Shown here: piece by piece, positions 39,250 through 52,640 of the stretch
How the letters are laid out: each line of letters begins with the position of its first letter
Position numbering within the stretch: position 1 is the first letter of the stretch
Assembly: GCF_000150275.1 (NCBI RefSeq)
Contig: NW_002060955.1
Coordinates: 1,696,024-1,760,023, forward strand
DNA: 64,000 nucleotides
From: Trichoplax adhaerens
Taxonomy: Eukaryota; Animalia; Placozoa
Direction of reading: 5' to 3'
The notes under the pieces: model-generated
Seen by the model: the letters and a program-made list of their open reading frames with translations, nothing else
What the model was told of the DNA's origin: nothing
Database searches by the model: none
Program-made: the position numbers and the translations under genes

Positions 39250-41000
39250 GGCTCTCCAAGAATGGAGAAGGAACTGCAGTGGAGCTGGAAATGATTCAAC
39301 AGACGTTATTAAGAAGAAGAATGAAGGAATCAACATGCTGGTTCGACTGCAGTAGAACTTCAAATGAAATTTCCTATTACAAATTTAGAACTGAAATGAA
39401 GACATTTGAAAAAATGGACGAGGAATGCACATTCTTGAAAAGGCTAATTTGAGGTGTAAAATTGAAAAGGGACGTTGGCAAGAATGGACAAGGAATCAAC
39501 ATTCTTATTCAACGACAGCCAAAGCTTGAAATGAGCTTTCCTATTTCAGTCTATCACTCAAAAGAAACATCTCGATAAATGGATGAGGAATCATTCTTCT
39601 AATTCAACGACAATTGAGCGTGAGAACTCATACTGAAAGAGAGGCCTTGAAGAATAGAAGAAGGATCAACATTCTTATTTAACTGTAATATTTCCTACTG
39701 AAAAGAGAGACATGGAGAAGAATCAAGGAGGAATCTACATTCTTATTCAATGGTAGTGGAGCTTGAAAATGAACTATTGGGAATGAAGATGGAAAGAAGA
39801 GTGTGGGGGGAGAATGGATGAGAAATTAAGATGATGATGGGGACAGCAGTTTATGAAATGAGCTTGCCATGTAGGATTGGAAGAGACGAAGAATCAATAA
39901 GATGATTAGATGATTGTTCAGCTTGAAATCAAACCCAAGATTTAATGTTAAGGATGGCTGACCAATGGCGATGATGAGGAGACTGTAGTTCAATTGGAAT
40001 TGGGCTGCAAGACAGGATTAACATTTGATAGCCAAGACGCCATTGCAAGAATGGATGAGTCATAACATGGCATTAATCATGAATCATTGATGAACAACGT
40101 CCATCATAATCGACATGGCTATGATTGAGCCATAACATGAACAACACACGAATAGTTTTCCCTGCGTCATTAGGGAATCCCTTTTACTTTCATCCATTCC
40201 ATGGATGAAAGTAAATTGAGCAGGAATCGTGGGGGATGATGACTAAGACAATCCACTTATTTTTCTCAAGGGAGAGTGAGAAAGAATGCCAATCTTCTCA
40301 TCATCATCTAGTTTATAAATCCAGTGATGGAAAGGACATCAATGGATGGAGCTGATTGCAATATACACAAGCCTCCTCCGCTAGCAACAAACTGTTCATA
40401 TTCATGTCGACATGGTCGAGAAGATTTTTCTTTCTTGGTAATCCCCATCCAACATCCCTCGACTGTACAATTGATGCAATTGAAGTTAAGATGGATATTT
40501 TCTATGGACAAGTAACTTGTTCAAATGGTCATCAATCCACTAGAAATGGATCGTCAATATTGATCTTGACAAGGTTGGATGAGATTGTCCTGTTCTTGGC
40601 AATCTCGATATCCCTCAACAGCACTCTTATTTCGGGCTATAGCTGTATCTTTTGAGCAAATCAAGACAGACATTTTGTAGCCAAACAACCTCTTCCCATG
40701 GCATCAACAACATGTTCAAATGTTCATCGATCAACTATGATTTGACAATCCAACATCTCTCAACACAAGAGTACTTCTATTTCCGACGCTAGTTACATCT
40801 TTTAAACAAATCAAGATGGACTCTTCTATAGCCAAACAACCTCTTCTCATATCCATCTGTCTACTAGGAATAGATCGCCATCATTGATGTCGATTTGTGC
40901 AAGTACTGGATGAAGATAATCTCTCAAGTACACTTGGATTGCTTTTATCCCATCATGGATGTTGACATGTCGGGCAAGATTGAATTTTCTTCCGCTGGCT
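39250..41000. repeat. Two adjacent families of degenerate tandem repeats
   Basis: gaaggaatcaacattcttattcaac recurs over 39250-39900. aaatcaaga..tagccaaacaacctctt recurs over ~40590-40860. Confidence 0.7.
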
Positions 41001-41169
41001 ATCAATAAATACAACGAAATGGATCCTTTTTATACAGTAAATCAATCACAGTTGAGGTAGGCCTCGATACTAACAATTCATTGAGAGCTAATGTAATTAG
41101 CCTTGTGTCAATCTTCATTGGGGCAAAACATGGCGTTCTTCCATCGCTTCCAACTTGAGATGAAGAGGA

Positions 41170-42080
41170 CAAGGAGCAATCCATGTTTTACTTAGCACTA
41201 ATTAACTGTTCACTGACTGATCCCATTGGATTAACCACCATTATTCCATCATCTGTAGCTGGAGATGGGTATGAGATTGTACTTTGCTCATATTCAAGAT
41301 TCTTGCAATTAGATCAGTCAACGTTATGCCATCCTCTCCAATTTACGGTGGATAGGAGATTGTACTTTGCTCTAATTGAAGACTCGTGCAATTGGATTAA
41401 CCAGCATTCATGCATCATCTCTAGCTGGAGATGTATGCCATCATTTTTACTTGGTACTTCATGGAAGATTCATCCAATGGCATGAACCAACGTTAAGCCA
41501 GCACCATTTGTAGGTGGAGATCCATGTCGTTTTTACTTAACACTGATTGAGGAAATGGCGATTAACCAACATTATGCCATCACCATCCCTAGGTGGAGAT
41601 CAATGTCATCGTTTTTTACTTAGCACTGATTGAGGAAATGGCGATTAACCAATGTTATGCCATCACCATCCCTAGGTGGAGATCAATGTCATCGTTTTTT
41701 ACTTAGCACTGATTGAGGAAATGGCGATTAACCAACGTTATGCCATCACCATCCGTTAGAGATGGATATGAGATTGTACTGAAATCCAATTCCAAACTCA
41801 TGCAATGAGATCAATCAACGTTATTCCATCCCCTCCAGCTTGAGATGAATGTGCAATGGCTCCAACTGAAAATTTATGAAATGGCATCAGCCAACGTTAT
41901 TCCATCCTCTCTAATTGGAGAGGAATGTCATCATTTTTACTTAGCATCGATTCAAGATGAATACAATTTAAATGAACTAAGGCTATTCCATCATTGCCAT
42001 CTTCAGATGGAGATTGTACTTGGCTCCAATGTAAGACTAAACCTCACGCAACAGATTCATCAACGTTATTCCCATCATCG
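41170..42080. repeat. Degenerate tandem array with a near-perfect ~65-70 bp x3 core at ~41520-41755
   Basis: ttttacttagcactgattgaggaaatggcgattaaccaa..ttatgccatcaccatcc. Confidence 0.85.
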
Positions 42081-45000
42081 ACAGCTTGCTATTCCTGCTT
42101 TCTATTCCAGATAGCGGATGTCATTTTTCAAAGTCAAAAGTCCATCATCAGATACTGTATTTCTGAAGTCAACTCAATATGGCTACCCAACCACTCTCAG
42201 CCTTGGATAGACTATCGAAGAGGATGGCGGTGATTATGGAAAATAGCTGCTGAAGGATCAATTAATAAACTCTTCTTTTCTTTCTCCATGGAGAGCTGCT
42301 GTCGATCCAACTCGAGCATCTAATCTTGTTCACATCATGATTGAGATTCATAACCAAGTTCAACTCTCGATCGCTACAAGGAAAGGCTCATCTCATCCTT
42401 GAAATCTTGCCCAATTTGGCATCATGCCACGATTGGCATTAGTCTTACAGCACAAATATGCTCATCTCCATTGCACGATGGAATGGCCTTTTGCCATCAT
42501 GCAAGATTGATGTTGTCCATGGCATGATGGCGATTGATCAAACCTGTTCAACTTCCTTGCAAGCCTATTACTGTCGGATCTAGCTAGCCTTTTGTCATCA
42601 TGCAAAGATTCAATTTTGTCCATATCATCATGGGGATAAATGCCCAGCAAATACGTTCATCTCCATCGCTAGATGGATAGACCTCATTCCCATGTTAGCT
42701 ACCCTATCGTACGAGCTATCATTTTCTCCACCATGCAAAGACAGATCTTGTCTGCATCATCATTAGCACTCATAAAGTTGACATGACTAGGTAGATAGGC
42801 CATTCTCAAGTTAGCAATCTTGTCAATAGGATGATTCGTATTTCCAGACTTGTATAGTATCAAGCCAAAAAGTCCATCGAACCATCAAGGACAAGGACAG
42901 ACATGTTTAACTCGATCACTAACCTGCCCAGTGAATGATACAACATATTGCTAGTCGTGATCGCCAGAAAATCCCCACAATAACAGCTCTAAAATAAAGT
43001 TCTAGACTTGCAGATCAATGTCGACAATCAATCATGATGAAATGCATGTCCAAAAAGGCCTATCCATCGAGACGAAGATGAGAACAAGATGATCAACTCT
43101 TGCCATGGCATGGTTAAAAGAATCCCATCCCAAACGCAATATCGGAGCTAATCCACGTCAAGGCATTTTCTCCAATGGAGTAAAACATGCTGAAAACGAT
43201 AGGCAGCCAGCGACTACAATAACTTGTTTAACTTGGTTAACCTAGGTCATATCGAATAGGTCGAAAAAAAAGTAGGAGAAAAGAAAGCGACGAAAATGCC
43301 GGAAATGGGTCGATGATGAAAAGGTAGAAACAGGATCCGATGGGAGGATACTTGGCCGCCTCACTTTTGGCGTAGGGGAAGGGCAAAGGGAAATGATTCG
43401 GAATATCCTATTATAAATTTACAATCCAATACAAGCTAATCCATCCTTGCATCAACAGAAAGAAGTAAAAACCCAAATGGTCAACCCGAATATAGTAAGA
43501 AATGGAGGCATCAAAAGTCGGATCACAACGTGTCTAGACCAAATTAGCCGCTGGTGTCAAGAAAGATCATTTCCATTGCTTTTTAATCGTTTACATGGGA
43601 TTAACTCACTTTGGCTCTGATCGATGCCTATCCATTACCCGGAAATTAATCGGACCAGGGCACGAAATCCAACGGATAGATTTCATCGTCTTCCCCATAT
43701 GTAGACGATGACAAAAGGGGAAAATACGCCGCCATAATCACTTGGATAAAGTAGTTTTTAATGAGCCTTTTCCCATACAAAATGTCGACAAGTGTAGAGA
43801 TAGATACCCATACCAACATGAACGTCATTGATATCATCATGGCCCACTTGATCCCTCCATCCATGCTTGTATTGATAAGCAGATTAAATCCCAATATCAT
43901 GTGGAATCGAGTTGGAAATGTCCTCGCCCATAACGGCAAAGGCCAACAACAACAAAAAAAAATTGCAACATTGGAGAGAGAATCTGCCCGTAAAAATAAT
44001 AGGAAAACAATAGAAAAAGGATAAAAAGAAATGATGGAAATGATAGGATAGAAATAAAAAAGAGTGGTAATGACTACCAATAGAGATTGTCTGCTGAATT
44101 TGGATGGATTAATCAATGAGTAAAAAGACGGAAGAAAGGATTACCCATCGTCCATGATTGCTGGGAAAGAAAGAAATCATTCATCTGCCATGAGTGATGG
44201 CAATGGTAGCTTATTGAGCCTATATTATTCTCTTACAACATCATCTAGCGTATACTGAGTGCTCATGGATAAATGGATTATTTCATTGCCTAGCCTTGAA
44301 GGAAATCCACAACCCATGAAATATCCTCCATCAAGGCCCTAGAGTCCCTTTTTCCACTGCAAATGCAAATGCAAGCAATCAACGAGCCATGATGGCCGAT
44401 TGGACTTACCTACACACTCTACCACAAGGTCGTTGTTTGAATCAAGATGGCACTCAATTCGATCAATCGCTAGAATTCAACACTCGATCCCAATCTTGTC
44501 TCCTTCTTCTTCGTCTTATGCTCGTCTTATTAATCAATTTCTGAATCAACAGACTTCTTTCAGCATACTCTTTCAATCACTGCAAGAGGAAGGAAAACTT
44601 GGCAAGAAAATCAACTTGCTAGGCGATCGTCGACGATCCAATTGGCTGCACAAGACGTCCAATCAATCCTCTTTGACAAAGTTACCTATAAAGTAAAAGT
44701 TAAACTAAGTCGACCAATCAATCAAGCCAATCGTTGGTCAACAATTTGATGCATTGATGATCCAATTGGAGGAAAAAAGTGGCTGGAAAGAGCGATTTGA
44801 AGCATGCAAGAAAAATGAAAATGGCGACCAGCGACATGGGTCGAGACACGGTAGTGGGGGGACAAGGCCGTCTACCACATACGTAGGGTAGGGTGGGCTA
44901 CCAGCCCAGGGGGGGCCATCCTTTGCACCGCTAGACAACAGACTGAAGACGTTGACCAATTTTTATTGGTATCGTATGGGAAAATGGATCATGACAGGGA

Positions 45001-47454
45001 TGGTAGATAGTCGTTGAGCCCAGGGTAAAGTCGTCATTTTACTGTATAGAACAAGAGTTGAAATGGCATACAAAAGCTTAGAGAGCCAAGTCATGGTTCC
45101 ATAGTTCACTTGGGCAGGTGCAACAGCAGGTGGTGGTCATAACGGTATCGGGGGGGTGAGGGGGGTACAACACCGCAGGTAGGGTACAGTCGCAAAATAA
45201 ACTCTATTTCCTATAGTAAATCGTGTTATAACCTGAGTCACAATGTAACCACTATGAGAAGACACGGTACCCCCACCCAATGCACAACATGGCTGATATT
45301 GATTGATCTTACTATCCCTAGCTGGAATAACTAGGATAAAATCTTCCGTTTTCCTCCTCTATTGGCATCATTAATGATTCCTAGGGCTGCTACTCAAGGC
45401 TATAATGTAGTAGACGACAACGATGAAAGCATAAGAGGGTAAAACGATAGAAATTTCAGCGTCAAGGATCGTCTCGGTATCGCTTTCAGCCTTTCACTTT
45501 TGCCTGCTGCAGCCTATCTCCTCCCGAGCTAATGTGGAGGAATAGCATGGAGAAGGAAAGTTAAAGGATTGATCTACTGTGGCAAAGTCCTATGTCTTTC
45601 CACCTAGTGGATGTTCTTGATGTAATGAGGCACCTTTTTCTTGTCCACGGTGCTTATGATGAGTGCAGTAGTAGATTGAATTTGCAGCTCGGTAGAATGC
45701 TGGATCTGCTGCTGCTGCTGCTCGTCCTCACCTAGTTCTAGTGGTCATGGAGTAGCATGAGTAAAATCGCTTACGCGCTCCTTCTATTTCTTATTAGCTA
45801 GGTTAAATGATGGATCTTCGTTACATACCACTTTTCCACTGCTATAGATGAGCGAGATGGTATGAAACAGCTTGTAGCTATATGCGACTAGCTCTAGGCC
45901 AACGTTGAATATGACAGCCAATCTATTGCTGCATACCTCAGAACGATTGACGAGCTGCTAGCTATAATGTTAAAGTTGAGTAGTTTATTCATCTACTGTT
46001 ACACCTTTCCTCCTAGTTAGAATTGATGAGCCACTGACAATAAGGATTAATTTAATTTCATGATAAATTCAACCATTACTGTACATCTCCTTGTAGTTGG
46101 AATGGATGAGCTATTACTGTCTAACGGGCGAAATTTAGCCATGAATTTACCGTCGCATCTCTGTCAAAAATGAGTGAATAAAAAAAATTCAAATTTCTCC
46201 GATACTTACAGGATACTGTTGGCTCTAATTCTATCCAGCCTTATACATTGCCTAATTCTATATTGACTACATTAGTCCCGTAACACACAAAGTATTCCAT
46301 CAGTATTGCTATGGATCCATATCCCAAATAAAGCCATCTCCAAGTAAAAAAAAGGAATACCCCTCCAATACTCAGCCAGATCTGTAGACCAGAGTTAGTG
46401 TTGACTTTAATCCTATCTAAGCCTCTGTTAACTAGCAACAAGATCCATAAAGTATCCGATCAAGGATTGCTACGGATCTATATCCCAAATAAAACCCACC
46501 CTAGGTCAAAAAAACTAAAATTCCACCAAAATTTCAACACGATACTGTAGACTATTTGCCAGCAACAATATCCACAAAGTATTACTTGCGGACTACTATG
46601 GATCCATATCCCAAATCAAGGCCACCATCTGGGTAAAAAATGACCAGGTAAAAAACAATGAAAATACCTTCTCATACTCACCAAGAGAAACTCCAACCTC
46701 GTCTAAATTTGCTCGGTGAGCAATAAATACCATAAAATAGTCCTCTATGAATGTTATGCAGCAAGAGCCTAAATAAAACCCGACCCCTCCATCCAAAGGA
46801 GTAGGCTAATTGAGATGCAAATAAAATCAATACTTACCAAGATTGACTGTAATGCTATCCAGGTTCGGCCAGCTAGCATACAGGTATTGCAATTTTCAAG
46901 ACGAGCACTACCGAAATAACAGATTGAATATGGCTACATCAATCAATGATTCAATTAAGCAAAATATTGATTTAATTTGACCACTTCGTCAACACGACCA
47001 CAATGATACTGCGATTGTTATCGCCATTTCGACATCGACTGTTTACATATAAGGTGGCAATCGCCATAACCATCCTGCCCTTACTTTAATCCTTGATGGC
47101 CATTTCTTTACACATTGCTATAGTATCTAAATTCGATGTTAGGTAGACTTTGAGCTCAATCTGGCCGAGAAAAGATCGCACTGATTACTTACAAATCGAA
47201 TTATCTCACTTTACACATTGGTTACGCTGTTATAAGTTATAACCTTCACAAAGATTATATTTACAACGGGAATGGGGCCTAGATGCAGCCAAAAATAAAG
47301 AAATGGCGGATCCAATTACATCCTATTATGTCAAACTGAGCAATATCCTCATTTTACAAAGCTATCCCCCAAAAATAAATGCGGTGACCACCCTTGTTAA
47401 CCCATGTGCTAAAGCTTTACCTTGCCCACTCGACAGGTTATACTATAGCTCAAG

Positions 47455-48330
47455 ATGGCTACTTGCTGAGGAATAAGAAGAAGGCATTGCTACCCCCATC
47501 GATCCTCAGTACAGTCTTTGTTGAGTTAGGATTTGATAAAAATCAATAAACTACTCTACGCTAGCAAGAATAGAGTATCGATAGGCTCACTAAAGTAAGC
47601 CAGGAGCTAGTCTTGTTGGAAATGATATTAACTTAATTACGTAAGCCAGTGATATTCTTGAGCTGAATTACGTATCCTTTATGAATCATGCTATTCAAAC
47701 AGATCAGCATCTTGTTACCAATATGCTAAAAATTTCCCTTACCTGATCGATAGATTATACTACAACTTATGACATTCTGGATGATCTATATATTAATGAT
47801 ATCCTGGAGCTAAATTATGTATCCATTATGAATCATGCTATTCAAAACAGGTCAGCACCCTGTTACCAATTTGCTAGAAATTTCCCTTACCTGATCGATA
47901 GATTATACTACAACTTATGACATTCTGGATGATCTATATATTAATGATATCCTGGAGCTAAATTATGTATCCTTTATGAATCATGCTATTCAAAACAGGT
48001 CAACACCTTGTTACCAACATGCTAAAAATTTGCCTTGTCTGATCGATAGATTATACTACAACTTAAAATGGCTGCTTACTGAGGAATAAGAAGGCATTGA
48101 TACTAATCTATCCGCAGTACAGTCTTTCATGATTTAGGATTTACAAAATCAATCCCTTGACGCTAGCAAGGATAAAATGCCGATGGGCCCCACTAGCATA
48201 GGCCAGGAGCTAGTCTTCTTGAATTTGACATTATTATTTTGATTACGTAAGCTAATGATATTCTTCTCCGATATATTCTTTAGCTTAATTGTGTATCTTT
48301 TCATGAATCATGCTATTCAAAAGAGGTGTG
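47455..48330. repeat. Nested duplication: ~128-bp x3 tandem unit between two copies of a longer flanking block
   Basis: atgaatcatgctattcaaaacag..ctgatcgatagattatactacaactta occurs three times. atggct..tgaggaataagaag..ccaggagctagtctt occurs at ~47455 and ~48068. Confidence 0.9.
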
Positions 48331-49579
48331 CATCGTTGTTATGATCCATAGCCAATGTCAATAACCAATGTGAAAAGTTGAATACAATCCTAAATGTCAT
48401 TAAAAGCAATGTTAATTACCTGTGCATTTCATTCCTATCTTGTTATGGCCTACAGTAGAAGGGAAGAGAAATATTCAATTTCACCCAGCAAATTTTTTGA
48501 GTCAATGTAGAAGCTTCAAAAGCGAAACACTTTAAGGAATTAAGTATTCACAATTTTAGAAATCATGTTATATAAGGCTTTAGCAAATTGACCAATATAT
48601 GCAAATATCATATTATCCAATTCAATTTTTAACCCATGCTCAATCATCTAAATAGATTATTCAATCGCCAACATATGGTGGATGGTAGTATTCGTTGTTT
48701 ATCGGTCAGTCTTCCTCTAGCCTTATGTCAATATTATCTACAGATTTTTTATTTTTTTCCTGTAGGAAATAAATAATATCCAGCAGCCACGTTATGGAAA
48801 TGCTTGATAGGGTCTTGGTAATGAGAAATCAGTTTAAAATGGATTGGCCTAGATAAATAATTCTTTTCCGTGCGATGGCTACTTATAATCCTTATGAAAT
48901 TATTTAAAATACAAGCAGGGCAAATATCTGCTTTTGATTCCCTTGTCTCTATTAATCATAATCCAATAGCATCCATATTGTAAGCCAATCATTGACAGAC
49001 CATTTATTTTAAATCACTTGAATAATCTGGTCTTGGCTTTAAAGAATCAAACAGTAATAAACTGACCCGTTTCTCCTCATATTCGTATTTGTTACTCGTA
49101 CATCGTTTAATATACTTCATAAATTGCTAAGTTGCGGTACTAGAGACGCTCAACTTGTCCTACTATCAAGGCAGAACTAATTTGCTCTAACAAATAAATA
49201 AAACAAGGCAGGAAATCAATATTGATGGAGGATTTTATACATCTCTCAATTTTAATTGTAGAGTAGGATATTGTACAAAGATTACGTAATATCTCTTACT
49301 ATTCCTATCATTTAACAAGCATAGATACGGGAAGGCTTTCAAAATTCTCCCTCTAAAGACAGTTTTAAGGTTTACACTTAGAATGTTTATTGCTTATTTA
49401 ATTACTCATAGTCATATCTCTCCATACGTATCCATAGACTGCTCCTTGATATCATCCATCAATCATCTACAAATCGTTAAGCTTACCTAAATAGGAAAGA
49501 GCAACTTATCGCATAAATAAATTAATCTTCTCATGCCAATAATAACTGCCTAATACGGAATAGATCCAGTAGGTGTCCA

Positions 49580-52500
49580 GGTCAAAAAATAATAATGAAA
49601 AGGATTGTCTAAATGTTAGGAAGAAGTCATTTTGCAGCATATAAGTTTTCATCTCTTAGCGATGCGGTGATAACATTAGAATTCCATTATATACGAATTA
49701 ATACAATTAGAATTTCAATTTATAAGCAGGTAATATAATTAGAATTTCATTGTATATATCTCATAAACTAACAGGATATGCAATATTCTAATAAAAAGTT
49801 ATGAAGTGATCTCAATAAAAACAGCTACGCTTAACATACATCCATCCATCCTTTCTTTATGGTAGTGGTAAAATTTTATTATTTTACTTAAGAAATAAAA
49901 TCCTGTTTGATAATGTTCAATCTAGACTTTCTTTCGATTTCTTGAAGACTACTACCGGTGCTTAATATGATCCATCAGTGGTTTAATAATGATCATAAGG
50001 ATTGTCTAATTATTTGAAAGAAATCATTCTCCTACGTACAATAATCAAACTCTAATACAACGCGCGTAATATAACTAGAATTCCACTTAAAACATTTGGA
50101 AATATAAAGTAGTAGTCTACAGTAAATCCAATAAGAACTATATATAGAACACTATAGCTGCAGAGAGAGCTAAAAATTGAAAAAAATGCTAGCAGATATT
50201 ATCTATCAGCAGTTTAATAATGATTACGAGGATTATCTAGAAATAAGAAGAGAGCCATTTTATTCATATAAATTAATCATTGGTTTAAAATGCGGATAAT
50301 AGAATTAAAATTCCGTTTAAAATAATTTAGAATATACGGTAACAGCCAACGGTAAACCCATGAAGGACTATTGATGGAACATTACTACTGCAGCGAAAAC
50401 TAAAAGTTGAATGATATGCTAGAAGATAATATCATCCATCAGCATTTAATATCGATTATGAAGAATTATTTTTCTGCATATATTTAATCATCTCTTTACA
50501 ACACATGTAATATAATCAGAATGTCATTTAAAATTCGGAAATAGAAAGTATCAGTCTACAGTTAATCTATAAAAAACTATAGATGGAATACTACCGCCGC
50601 AGAGAGAGCTAAAGACTGAATAAGATGCTGCAAGATAATGTCATCCTTCCGCGGTTTAATAAGAATTGTGAGAATTTATCTAAATATGACGAGAGAGAGA
50701 GAGAGAGTCTTTTCCTTTACGTAAATTAATCATCTCTTCGTAATATAGTTATTGTAATTAGAATTTCAAGCAAAATTTGGAAATACAGTCTTGTATGTTA
50801 TTCACTCTTGAACTCTCTCTGTAGTGGAATATTGAAATAATATATGTATTAGGTACAGACTGCTAGTAAATATTATCTATCCATGAAGAACTATCTCAAT
50901 ATTACAACAATAATAATAATTGGAGAGATCATTGTAGAGAATAATAATTGTAGAGATCCGGTATAGTATGGAAAGAATAACATTGAGACTTTAGTAATAG
51001 GGTCTTGTTTGATGTTACTCAATCTCAAACCCCAGCTCTCCCTGAATTAACATCTTGTGATTACTCAGTACCTGCCTAGATAGAATTGTCCAATAAAGAC
51101 CGTAACAATTGTCTCCACGAGAGAGAGAGAGTAACTTTTCCTCCAAATTACTCAGTCTTTTCTCGATGAAGGTAACTAGAATTACATTAAAAACTTAGAA
51201 ATAGAATCTTGTTTGGGGTTGTTCAATCATTAGGATTGCGATTTGGTATTGGTAAATCTTTAACTCGAGCTCTTCCTCAATTGACTCAATTGTAGACTCC
51301 ATCGTAGATAGAATGATCTGATAAAGATCGTAAGGATTGCTCAACTAAGAGCAAGTTTGAATTACATAAGCTCACCTTCTTTTTGTAATAATTAGTTCAA
51401 TAGCAATACAAAGTTCAGAACAGAATCTTGTTTGGTATTGATGAAGCTCTCCCTAAAATGAACTGTTTGTAGTACAATAAACTGCTAATAGAAAGTTCCA
51501 ATAAAGATGGTGAAGATGATCTAAATAGGAAAAATAATTTCCCCTAAATCAATCAATCTTCTATTTACGATAAAAACTATCGTATAGTAAGAATAAAAAT
51601 TCAACAATAGAGCTTGTTTGATTTCCTCAATTTTGAACACTAGCTCAGCCCTGCATTGACAATAAATTGATCCTACAAGGTTTCTCAAATTTGTCTATAT
51701 CATAAAATCAATCCTTTCTTTATGATTCAAATTATGATTGCATGGATCCGGTATACAGGACAAGAAATGAAAAGAATAGCTCCGTTCTAGTTCATGAATA
51801 GCATTTTATTTAACTTTCCATTCTCTTTGAATTTATTCGGTAATACGTATTCCTCACTTATAGGCTGTTGCTGAACATACAGCATCGAATAATAGTCGAG
51901 ATTGCCTTAATGCGGTGGATCAAACTTTTGACGTAAACAAATTCATCTTCCTTTTCAATAATTAGTCATCATCATAGTCAATACATGATCAGCTTAATAA
52001 ATAATATAATTAGTCATCATAAATAGTCAACATATGAGAAAAGAAAATATTGTTTTATTAATCAAAATATGGCGCTATTCAAGCAGTTAATCGATCTTGT
52101 AGAATAATAAAGAAGAGATTGATTCTCCCCATTGGCTAGATAGACCAGTCGCATGGATGCTTAAACTTCTAGCAGATGGCTATGACTAATCTTTAGACCG
52201 CAATGATAGAGATATTGAAAAAGAAGACTCACGTCTATATACACTACTATCCATTTCGTTCACTAATATTAGCCCTCCACCCAAATATTCCTTAGTCTCA
52301 CGTTTACATCGATCACCATTTCTAGAATAAACTAATCTCTCGATCACGATGATGCGTATACTGCCATTTCTCCGGTTGCTTGGTATTTTCCTTCGACCTA
52401 AATATTTCTTAGTCTTATGTTTACATCAATCACCATTCCTAAAACGATGAATTCATTTGTAGATCAAGACGATGAGATAGAGATGAAACACATCTATCAA

Positions 52501-52640
52501 TACGACTATCCATTTAATTTCTTGATATTAGCCCTCAACCCAAATATTGATTAATTAATTCTGTTTCCCTGATTTTGACTCCTTGCCTAAATATTTTTAT
52601 TTGATCTTATGTTGACATTAGTCACCATTTCAAAAAGGCT
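49580..52640. repeat. Old degenerate tandem repeats (~230-bp family followed by shorter families) with (GA)n patches
   Basis: gtttaataatgat..aggatt..aattagaatt..cagagagagctaaa recurs over 49580-50800. aatagaatcttgtttg recurs over 50990-51650. gtttacatc..tcaccatt recurs over 52200-52640. Confidence 0.7.

Noticed and set aside
43646-44116. 156-aa hydrophobic ORF
   Set aside because: It is the reverse complement of A-rich low-complexity DNA, has a non-ATG start, and shows no family motifs.
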